Shown: piece by piece, positions 1 through 8,666 of the stretch | Numbering within the stretch: the stretch's first letter is position 1 | Layout: the number at the start of each line of letters is the position of its first letter | NCBI RefSeq assembly: GCF_964204645.1 | Contig: NC_134035.1 | Location: 7,472,451 to 7,536,450, forward strand | Length of the DNA stretch: 64,000 nucleotides | Source of the DNA: Tubulanus polymorphus | Taxonomy: Eukaryota > Animalia > Nemertea | Direction of reading: 5' to 3' | Program-made: the position numbers and the translations under genes | The notes under the pieces: generated by a model | What the model was told of the DNA's origin: nothing | The model's input: the letters and a program-made list of their open reading frames with translations, nothing else | Database searches by the model: none

Positions 1-1
1 G

Positions 2-283
2 AGTAATGATATAGTTACCATATTGAAAAAGTTAGATAACTTTAAACCAAATGTAACTTATGCAATGAACTTATTTGAACTTAAATATGATGATTTTAGA
101 GAATTTTTAAATAAACATCCATCTAAAACTGAAATCGAAAATTATATTCCAAAAATATTTTCAAGAGAAACATTTAGGAAATATAAACTCGAGAATTATT
201 TAGGAATTATACCAAAGAAAATGCAAAGGGATATATATTTAGAATACAATAAGCTTAAAGAAAAATATGAAAATGAAAATTAA
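2..283 (+). CDS. 3' end of a hypothetical Maverick protein (5'-partial)
   Basis: Frame is open from base 2 to TAA at 283; K/N/E-rich composition like the neighbouring element ORFs; no recognisable motif. Confidence 0.5.
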   Translation, partial: SNDIVTILKKLDNFKPNVTYAMNLFELKYDDFREFLNKHPSKTEIENYIPKIFSRETFRKYKLENYLGIIPKKMQRDIYLEYNKLKEKYENEN

Positions 284-287
284 AAAG

Positions 288-667
288 ATTATAGAATTCA
301 CTGTATATTGATGGATGAATGGATGAGTTGGATGAGTTGGAAGAATTGGATGAGTGGAAGAGTGGATGAGTATAATAATATATATATTTTACTTTTTAAC
401 ACATAAATTGGAAGAATAGTATGAGTATAAATATAATATTTTTATTCTTTATTAAATTTAACACAATATATATATATATTATTAAAATAATATTTAAATA
501 TAGTATAAAATTGATAAAATAACTTCAAATCAAACTCTTACTGTTTTAAAAATAAAAAACATATGTAAATTATATATTATTACACTCATCCATTCATCCA
601 CTCATCCAATTCATCCAATTCATCCAATTCATCCACTCATCCATTAGTATACAGTGAATTCTATAAT
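288..667. repeat. Intergenic inverted repeat with internal TGGATGAG-type tandem units between convergent genes
   Basis: ATTATAGAATTCACTGTATA...(TGGATGAG/TGGATGAA)n at 288-390 is the reverse complement of (CTCATCCA/TTCATCCA)n...TATACAGTGAATTCTATAAT at 570-667. Confidence 0.85.
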
Positions 668-683
668 ATTTTGAATTAGGATT

Positions 684-1298
684 TTATTTTATAAATTTAT
701 ATTCATATGGAAATTGTAATCTCATAAGTAATTTGGAACCTTTATTATTCTTTAATTTATTCATATATTCATCATGTAATTCAGTAGGTATAATTTGATT
801 TTCTTCCAATGATTGTTGCATAGATTTTTTATCTTTGTTATAAAATAAAACTAGAAATCTTATATTCTCTCTAAAGTCTTTCACAATTGAATTATATTTC
901 TGATTTAAAACCCAAGTTGTTATCCCAAAATGTCTCCCAGAGAAAGCTAAATAACATAACTCACTTTCTCTAACTTTTGAATCATGTAAATTTGCGCAAT
1001 CATCGATAATAAATAATGTATTAGATCCTTTATAAATATCTAATGCAATTTTTATACAATTATCTAAATTATCTTTCACTGTTTTAGAATTTAATATAAT
1101 AAACTTTTTATCTTTAAAAACTATATCTCTATTGTACGTTTCATTCATTTCATAAGTTGGGCAGAATAATATTATATTATCAAAATGATTCTGATAAATA
1201 GTTTCTAATAAATCTAATATGAAGTGTGTTTTACCACAATTTGTAACTCCAGTTATTAACATATTATGTGGTTCAAATATAAATAAATCTTTATTCAT
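684..1298 (-). CDS. A32/FtsK-HerA-type genome packaging ATPase of Maverick/Polinton
   Basis: Walker A GVTNCGKT, Walker B LFIIDD, then GRH...NQKY...RENI motifs typical of Polinton/poxvirus A32-like ATPases. Confidence 0.92.
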   Translation of the reverse strand: MNKDLFIFEPHNMLITGVTNCGKTHFILDLLETIYQNHFDNIILFCPTYEMNETYNRDIVFKDKKFIILNSKTVKDNLDNCIKIALDIYKGSNTLFIIDDCANLHDSKVRESELCYLAFSGRHFGITTWVLNQKYNSIVKDFRENIRFLVLFYNKDKKSMQQSLEENQIIPTELHDEYMNKLKNNKGSKLLMRLQFPYEYKFIK

Positions 1299-2402
1299 TT
1301 ATTCTTTTAATTTTACTAGATAAAATCCATTCATTAAATTTATCATCGTATCCTTTATATTTCACCAAAGAATACTTTTTTCCTTTAAGAGTTTTAGTTT
1401 TCAATACCTTTTCTATTTTGTATTCTATTTCATCTGGATTTGGTACTAATGCTAATTCTTGTTCATAAAAATAACCTAATATTTCTTCATCTTTTAAATC
1501 AAACAATTTATAAACAAATGGTTTAGTTAATATTATCTTTTTAATTTTAAATATTTCTTCAGTAAAATTAGGGGTATAACCTTTATAAAATGTTTTTCGA
1601 TATTTAGAAATTCTAACATGTTGTCCTATTTTAAATTTAGGTTCTCCGAAATCATGTGTAACAAACGCACCATATAAATTATTCCAAACTCTTCTGAATT
1701 TTCTTCTTGTCTAGCTTGTATAGGTTTCATATTTATAGAACTATGTTTAGAATTATTATAACCTTTAACTAAATCATCTAACACATCGATATATTTATAT
1801 GTTTCATTAGCGGTGAAATATTTCCACATTCTAGTTTTCAATGTTTTATTAAATCTTTCTATAACAGATGCTTTTTTATCTGAATGTGTTGAAAAATATT
1901 CTACATCGTTATCAGTTAATAGTTTTTTAAAATGTTTGTTATAAAATTCTTTACCTTCATCAAATTGTATTTTATCTGGGATAGCTTCTTTAAATATTAA
2001 TTTGAAAGAATTTGTAACTTCTATACCGGTTTTATTTTTAATCGGGATACTCCATGCGTATCTACTGAATATATCTATAACATTTAGTATCCAAAAATAT
2101 CCTTTGTTATATTCTTCTAAGTTTTTCATATCAATTAAATCAGCTTGCCATTGTTGGTCAATATATGAAACCATTACTTTTCTTGTTAAATATTTTTTAT
2201 CCATTTTCTTGTGGATTTGATATGTTGGTTGATTTTGTAACCATGATTTTAATTCACTATATTTTATATCACCGTGTGGGTGCCGTACGGCACCATTGCT
2301 ATTATCAGATTTAATTTTATCCCATAATTCCGAAACACTTGAATATGAAACTTCACTTTCTGGGTTATAATATAAATCTCTTAAATATTGTTCTTTTTTC
2401 AT
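1291..2402 (-). pseudogene. Retroviral-like (rve, DDE) integrase with C-terminal chromodomain; single frameshift near 1690
   Basis: WQADLIDM, IQFDEGKEF, KASVIERFNKTLK triad in ORF 1626-2402. Shifting frame at ~1690 gives VWNNLYG...PKFKIGQHVRISKYRKTFYKGYTPNFTEEIF, continuous with ORF 1291-1506 (YKIEKVLK...LVKYKGYDDKFNEWI, chromodomain). Confidence 0.92.
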
Positions 2403-2408
2403 TCTATT

Positions 2409-2807
2409 TTAATCCATTAATAATAATTTAGATTTAGTTTCAATGACTTTATGATTTGACTTATTTTCTGGTATAATATGTTTCCGATTGTCATCGGAAT
2501 CATCTTTATCATCAGATTTGAATTTTGATTTATATATTACACCGGATAATATAATAACTGTTACTAATCCAATTGTAATATATAATTTATAATTACTTCC
2601 AGCATTAGAAGAATTAGATGGATTATTATTTGAATCAATACCACCGTGTGGGTGCTGTACGGCACCATCAGATAAAGTCTGTGATTCATTTATATCAGTT
2701 AATTTCTTTTTCTTAGCTTTTTTTAATTCTGATGATCTTTTACCTAATTCTCTTGCCCATTTAATTTGTTTCTCGGATCTAGCCTTTTTCTTAACTCCAT
2801 CACTCAT
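2409..2807 (-). CDS. Small Maverick protein, basic N-terminus plus one predicted transmembrane helix
   Basis: K/R-rich N-terminus, hydrophobic LYITIGLVTVIILSGVIY; start overlaps the stop of the upstream ORF. Confidence 0.7.
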   Translation of the reverse strand: MSDGVKKKARSEKQIKWARELGKRSSELKKAKKKKLTDINESQTLSDGAVQHPHGGIDSNNNPSNSSNAGSNYKLYITIGLVTVIILSGVIYKSKFKSDDKDDSDDNRKHIIPENKSNHKVIETKSKLLLMD

Positions 2808-3402
2808 TTATTTTAGTTAATTTTTGTTCTGATTCATTTTCTGTTTCGACGTTTTGTTGTAGTATATCTGTTTCGTTCTTACCTGATTTATATTCCATAG
2901 GTTTGATGTTCGAAAATGTTATGACACCAGTAGAAATCAACGTCATAACCGATCCTAATTGGAATGAAGCATATCCAACCCATTTTTGTAATTCAGTCAT
3001 AACTAAATAGTCATTTTTCAAATCATTATATAATTTATTTTCATCATCAATTGGTATTAACTGGTTACATAACTTAGAATAACATTTGACAATACCATCA
3101 CTTATAGAGTCGTTTATTCTAGCTAATCTTGCCTCTTCATAAATCTTAAAATATTTTATTACTTTATCGGGTTTCATAGAGTCTAGTTCTTGAAAAGTTA
3201 TTATTTTTCCTAAGAAGTCCTTAGATTTCCCGCCAGCAATTAATAATTCAAGATGATGCTTACAATATAAATAGTATTCATAATCTATATTGTTATTAAC
3301 TTGAATAGAATTAGAAACAACTGTATCTTTATTATCACTAATGCCTAAATCATCTAATGTTTTTTCAATATCAATACTATTCTTATTAGATTTCTTTGAC
3401 AT
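2800..3402 (-). CDS. Conserved hypothetical Maverick-associated protein
   Basis: 200-aa intact ORF in the operon-like array; the GGKSKDFLGK...LYNDLKND pattern resembles uncharacterised ORFs I recall from invertebrate Polintons (not searched). Confidence 0.7.
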   Translation of the reverse strand: MSKKSNKNSIDIEKTLDDLGISDNKDTVVSNSIQVNNNIDYEYYLYCKHHLELLIAGGKSKDFLGKIITFQELDSMKPDKVIKYFKIYEEARLARINDSISDGIVKCYSKLCNQLIPIDDENKLYNDLKNDYLVMTELQKWVGYASFQLGSVMTLISTGVITFSNIKPMEYKSGKNETDILQQNVETENESEQKLTKINE

Positions 3403-3706
3403 TTATATTAGAGAAAAAAAGCAAAAAAAATATTATAAGTATTCTTCAAATGATACTAGCTAGTTAAAGCTAAAGAATTCTAGTATTGACTACTGATACT
3501 AGCTAATTGAATTTAAAGAATTTCTATTCGGATCTATTCAAAATATAAAGTATTCTCTTTTTGAAAAGAAAATATTAAAAATATAATAGAATTCACTAGC
3601 TAGTTGAAGTTATTGTTTTTTTTATTATATTTTATTTAAATTCTATTTGATATCTCACTACTATTGTCTATCTATTAGGAGCAGTAACTATAACTGTCCA
3701 GATAAG

Positions 3707-4381
3707 TCATTTCGGATCCTTGATATCAAATTCCTCAACGTATTGTTCATTATTTGGATTATTATTCCATTGATCAATAAATTTCTTTGCCTTTGTTAAC
3801 TGTTCTAAATATAACTGTAAATCTAGTTTATTAGATTTGGTTTGATTTTCTTTCTTTTCTAAAGGCCTTAAATTTTTCCAACCCCAAATAAGTTTTTTAT
3901 TGTATTCATCATTCATGTTAAATTTAGATATTGGTAACGCGTGATCAATATGGTAATAATCCCCATAATTATCTATATTCATTTTATCATCGAATTGAAA
4001 TATAATCCATGATTTGAGAAATTCATCTGAACAACCCAATAGATTAGATAGTGTTTCTGAATGTGTTTCTTTGTTGAATAATTGTGTTAATCTAGTCCTT
4101 AAGCATTGTTTCAATCTAAAATTAAGATCTGTTTGATATCTTTCTCTCATATATTCTGCCATATAATAATTATAATGTTCTATATTATCTTCTCGATATT
4201 GTTTAGTATATAGTTTAGTACAAGTTTTACAACAATATTGAAAACCATCTTTGCTAATCTTACGCTTACTAAATTCTGTTAATGATTTATCTAATTCACA
4301 TTTAGAACACTTCTTGTAGTATATGTTTATAACACCAGTGTTATTTGTAATATTGATAGTTTGTGGTTGTTCTGGTTCCAT
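3707..4381 (-). CDS. HNH endonuclease with N-terminal CxxC...CxxC zinc ribbon (large-DNA-virus/phage type)
   Basis: KKCSKC...CCKTC, LLGCS, YHIDHALP...NLRPLEKKENQTKSNK (H-N-N beta-beta-alpha-Me motif). Confidence 0.85.
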   Translation of the reverse strand: MEPEQPQTINITNNTGVINIYYKKCSKCELDKSLTEFSKRKISKDGFQYCCKTCTKLYTKQYREDNIEHYNYYMAEYMRERYQTDLNFRLKQCLRTRLTQLFNKETHSETLSNLLGCSDEFLKSWIIFQFDDKMNIDNYGDYYHIDHALPISKFNMNDEYNKKLIWGWKNLRPLEKKENQTKSNKLDLQLYLEQLTKAKKFIDQWNNNPNNEQYVEEFDIKDPK

Positions 4382-4507
4382 TTATTATACGTATTTTTTT
4401 ACTAAATTGGTTAATATTTTATAATATCTCAGCGCCATAGTAACAGCTGTAACAGCTGTGAATTTATAGATTTATTCCATAGCTCTGTACATTGAATGTA
4501 TATAGGC

Positions 4508-4744
4508 TCAAATAGAATCATTTTCTAGTATAAACATCGGATCCTCAACGTATTGTTCATTATTTGGATCATTATTCCATAATTCAATAAATTTTTTTCC
4601 CTTTGTTAACTGTTCTGAATATAACTGTAAATATTCTAATTTCAATTTATTCTCTAAATGTGTTCTAGTTTTATTGTGTCTTGCTTTTTGGGATTTATCT
4701 ATATCGATATTACATGTTGGGCAGTAGTACTTATTTGCTTCCAT
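4508..4744 (-). CDS. Small C2H2 zinc-finger protein whose C-terminus duplicates that of the HNH ORF
   Basis: YCPTC...HNKTRTH; 4542-4632 is a diverged direct copy of 3732-3822. Confidence 0.65.
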   Translation of the reverse strand: MEANKYYCPTCNIDIDKSQKARHNKTRTHLENKLKLEYLQLYSEQLTKGKKFIELWNNDPNNEQYVEDPMFILENDSI

Positions 4745-4828
4745 TTTAATACTATATTTTTTATTAAAATTGATTTTAGAAGTTCAATGATTTAAATGTT
4801 ATTCATATATACATGAATAACATTTAAG

Positions 4829-5035
4829 AGTAATAGGGGTAATGGGCTTTCATATCAAAGGTCGAAAGGTTGAGGTTGATAAATTTTCCAAATGTTAAAA
4901 TAATAATAATTTCTACTTGAATTAGGAGTGTACGCGACTAATTCAAGTAGAAATTGTTGTTATTTTAACATTTTGGAAAATTTCTCGGGCTCGACCTTTC
5001 GACCTTTGGTATGAAAGCCCATTACCCCTATTACT
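4829..5035. repeat. Palindromic terminus of element A
   Basis: AGTAATAGGGGTAATGGGCTTTCATATCAAAGGTCGAAAGG... pairs with ...CCTTTCGACCTTTGGTATGAAAGCCCATTACCCCTATTACT; inner arms also pair around a short loop near 4925-4940. Confidence 0.9.
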
Positions 5036-5947
5036 AACTCCTACCATAACAACTCTCAAAACATATCATTTCTAAAAGTCAACTATTTAAAAGTTATTGC
5101 ACGGAAGCCCCTAGGTGACATACATGTGATATTTTTCACAATTTCTACTTATGTTGAATTTCGACATAATCAGTCAAAATTCGACTTAAGTCGAATTTTG
5201 AGTTAATTATGTCGAAATTAAACTTATTTTTATGTTGAATTTCGAGATCATAAGTCTACATGAAAATAACACAAACTTCATCATAATTAATTCGAAATTC
5301 AACATGAAAAGAAAACTCGAAATTCGACTTAATAAGTCGAATTTCGAGTAGTAATAGGGAAAGTGACTTTTCATACCAGAGATCGAGAGGTCGAGCTCAT
5401 TTTCACACACTCGCCCTCTCAACCTCTGATATGAAAAGACACTTACCCTATTACTTATAATAATATCTTTCCAGTGTTAAAAATATAAAATATATTGGTT
5501 GAAATGTATAAAAATGGTTATTAAAGAAGGGGGTTTCAAACATTTGAGTGTTGTGTGGTTTGTCTTTAGTAGTTTTAGTACTTTTAGTACATAAAGAATA
5601 TATCTTTATATTATATTGTTTATTCATTATTGAAACAGTAATATATAAAATCTATCAGATGAATAAATATTATAATTATATTTATTGCAATAGTAATATA
5701 TATAAATCTGTGAGATAAATGAATATTATATAAGGCCAATTTTCTATTAGTCTTAAATAAATATAAGTATAAATATATATGAATATTATTTTTTTAATTT
5801 TTTATTTTCTATAACTACTTTATATTCTTTATGTACTAAAACGACTAAGGAGATAAAGACATAGAAATGTAATATATTCATATATGAACATTATATAAAT
5901 GAGTATTATATTAATGAAATCAATTTCAATACAAATATGTATAATAA

Positions 5948-6281
5948 ATGGAGAGTAAACAAATACACAGTGAATTCCTAGGTTGAATTAAAGATACTAC
6001 AAATCTGTAGATAATAAATTCAAAAAGTTAACAGAATTAACATTCCATAAGAAATATTTAATTACAAATATTGAAACAATTACTAAAGATATGGTAATAG
6101 ATTAGTTATTCACTCAGAATATGAAGGATTAAAAGGAAATAAATATAAATTCAGAACATATTTACCAGATAGATTTCATAGATTATCTAGTGAAGATATT
6201 GACGAATTATATTCAGGTGATTTCTATTTTATATACAAAGGTAAGAATAAAAAAGGATGTCATGATATAGATTTCGAATAA
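5948..6281 (+). pseudogene. Decayed small Maverick gene (possibly OB-fold-like)
   Basis: TAAATG start; broken frames give FKKLTELTFHKKYLITNIETITK / YGNRLVIH...TYLPDRF...IYKGKNKKGCHDIDFE*. Family resemblance from memory only. Confidence 0.5.
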
Positions 6282-6298
6282 AAAAATATGTAAAATAA

Positions 6299-6960
6299 AT
6301 GCAAGATAAATTGAAAGAATATAGAATATATGTTGATTCTAGAAAACTTACAAATTATAAATCACATAATTTACTAGTACAATTAGATAGAGAATTCAAA
6401 AAAAATTCAAAAATTGTGTTGATTTAAAATCAGTAAATATAAGGTTGTGTAATTCTTTTTATAATATATCGGATAAAACTATTGATCATAGAAGTTTTGC
6501 AATTTATATTAGACATAACAATAAATGGTTTTATCTATTTCTTAAACCAAGATTATATAATTTTGAATCATTAACGCAAGAAATTAATAGAAGAGCTCGG
6601 TTTAAAATGGGTCGTTCTGATGAATTAGAATTAGAATTGGAATTAGATTTATTAAAATTGATAGTTCTAATAAAATAAGAATAAAGTTAGCTGCAGAAGA
6701 ATAAAGTGAAAAGAGACAAAATTATATGGATTATATTGATAAAGAACTATATAATCAGAAAATTTCACATAGAGATTTTCAATCAGTCGATGATGCTATG
6801 AGTTTATATAACGCAGTAAAAAAAAGAACGATTACATCTATATAAACCTACAATATCAGATTATTATACCCCAAGTAATGAACAGAAGAAATATGAAATA
6901 ATTTGGATTTTAGGTGGAACTGTTATTGTTATATTTGTAGCATATAAATTTACAAATTAG
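6299..6960 (+). pseudogene. Decayed minor capsid (penton)-like gene
   Basis: TAAATG start; YVDSR...SHNLLVQL...NSFYNIS...KPRLYNFESLTQEIN (PGLYN in the inverted copy) resembles Polinton penton N-termini; frameshifts present. Confidence 0.5.
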
Positions 6961-6978
6961 TAATTTTTTGCTAAATAA

Positions 6979-8420
6979 ATGGATGATAAAGTTGATAATT
7001 ATGATTATTCCTCATGATATCAATAAAACTAAATTAAAATTATATTTGGAAAAACAAATTTTGAAAATGATTTAAAAGTTAAAAAGAAACAAGAAAATTA
7101 AAATTATTTGACGCCTGCGAAAAAATGTAGAATTTCTGGGCTAAGCTAATGTGGAATTGCAAATTTGAAATCGAAGTTTTTAGAAATTTGGGGAATTATG
7201 AGATTTGGCGATTGGGTAGATGATACAGGTCTTCGACTCTAGTAGTGGTTTAATTTTTTTTATTGAAAATTCTCAATAATTGGATCGTGTGGCCTAGCCA
7301 GCCGGCCCGGTCCCCGGGCCCAGGCCACGGGTTTGGCTGTCACTCGATATCCTAGAGTCTTGAGTCTGGGTTGAAGTAGATATTGTCATATTAAATACAT
7401 GTTTGTGTTATTCTGTATGAACTGCCCGTGTGTCATGTATGTTGTATTTTCTTATCTTAAAATTTATATTTATTGAATTTGGGAATTTTATCCCGGAATT
7501 TCAATGGAATAAGGATCAATAAAGAATTGAATTGAATTGTCACCTAATAAACATGCCATCAGAGGATGCGGAGCCGTATATGACAGCTATGCTATTATAA
7601 ATTGCTAATCTCACGAAACCTGCATACCCCTAATATCGAACATATTTTCTAAAACATTCATTATATGTTTACTTATGGTTACACATTTTCATATCGACCG
7701 CTTGTAGCCGCCGATGAAATTCATGCCGGCCCTACACAGATCGTAGATAGCTTCGTCATTCCACCAGCATCCCCATGTCAGGGTCTGACCATTCAACCGA
7801 ATAATCTGAATTACATATCATTTCTATTTATGCCTGCCGCTTCTGATATAATCATACATCCTTTACTATTACAATACGTCTTCTCATGATATTCAATGCA
7901 ATATAACATTTCGACGTTCAAATATAGGTCATTATATAATCACAGGAAGCCATTCTACATCTATGTCAATTATATTTTGTCAAGTAGCTCGGTTGTGTAC
8001 ACATAGACCTGTGACGTTTTGCACATCGATTTACGGTTGTCGTTTGTAAAATGACGCTGAATGGTTAACATAGTTTAGGTTTCATAATGGTAACGTTTTA
8101 TTAGGGGTCAAAAAATATTTAGAATGTAATATTTTATATTATTTTATTATAAGTGGTTCGGTTACAATTAGTTCGGTGATAACATTTTTAGCAATATTTT
8201 CACCATTAACACCTTTAGCTATATCAATTGGTGTGTTAGGATTAAGTTCAAGTGTATTGACTGGCGTAAGCTCAAAGTTGAATATAAAAAGTAATAAAGA
8301 AAAAATAAAATCTAATATAAAAGAAATTGATAAATTAAAAAATACATAAGATTATATTATTAGCTTAAATGGTAATATAACAATTGAAGAACAAGATAAA
8401 TTATTAATTTTTTTATTATA
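6979..8420 (+). pseudogene. Decayed two-TM/coiled-coil Maverick gene, interrupted by a ~1-kb insertion (~7105-8100)
   Basis: The uninterrupted inverted copy (12930-13354) reads MGDKVDNNDIIPHDINNTKLKLYLEKQ...ISGSVTISSVITFLAIFSPLTPLAISIGV...LDYMISLNGNIT. Confidence 0.6.
7340..7540 (+). mobile_element. Probable 3' end of a LINE/SINE
   Basis: Ends AATAAAGAATTGAATTGAATTG (polyA signal plus microsatellite tail), inside the insertion in element B. Confidence 0.45.
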
Positions 8421-8666
8421 TTAATGGTAGATGGTTTTCCAAAAGCTTTTCAATATAATATATCAATTGAATATAATATTCCAGCAATAGATTTTGATAA
8501 AAATATTACATATAGAAATGAAGTTTTAAATTCATTAATTAATTTAGATATTTATGTTACTGAAACTAATAATTTTAATGGTAAGATGGAAAATATATTT
8601 CATGTATACTTAAATAATTTCAAAAAAATTGAAAGATGAAAAACAATGGTTATTAGGACGTTCGTA

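Larger units (their letters stand above)
1..5035 (-). mobile_element. Maverick/Polinton (adintovirus-like) element A, right-hand portion; left part lies upstream of the window
   Basis: Very AT-rich, intronless, tightly packed ORFs including a retroviral-type integrase with chromodomain and an A32/FtsK-like ATPase; ends in ...CCCCTATTACT at 5035 (Polinton-type ACT terminus) with a 207-bp terminal palindrome. Confidence 0.88.

Noticed and set aside
310-645. TGGATGAG repeats as a CRISPR array or telomere
   Set aside because: 8-9-bp units without unique spacers, arranged as an inverted pair in eukaryotic DNA.
3683-3700. GTAACTATAACTGTCC resembles the LSU rRNA / I-CeuI homing site next to the HNH gene
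   Set aside because: Short match only, no flanking rRNA similarity, and I-CeuI is a LAGLIDADG enzyme; probably chance.
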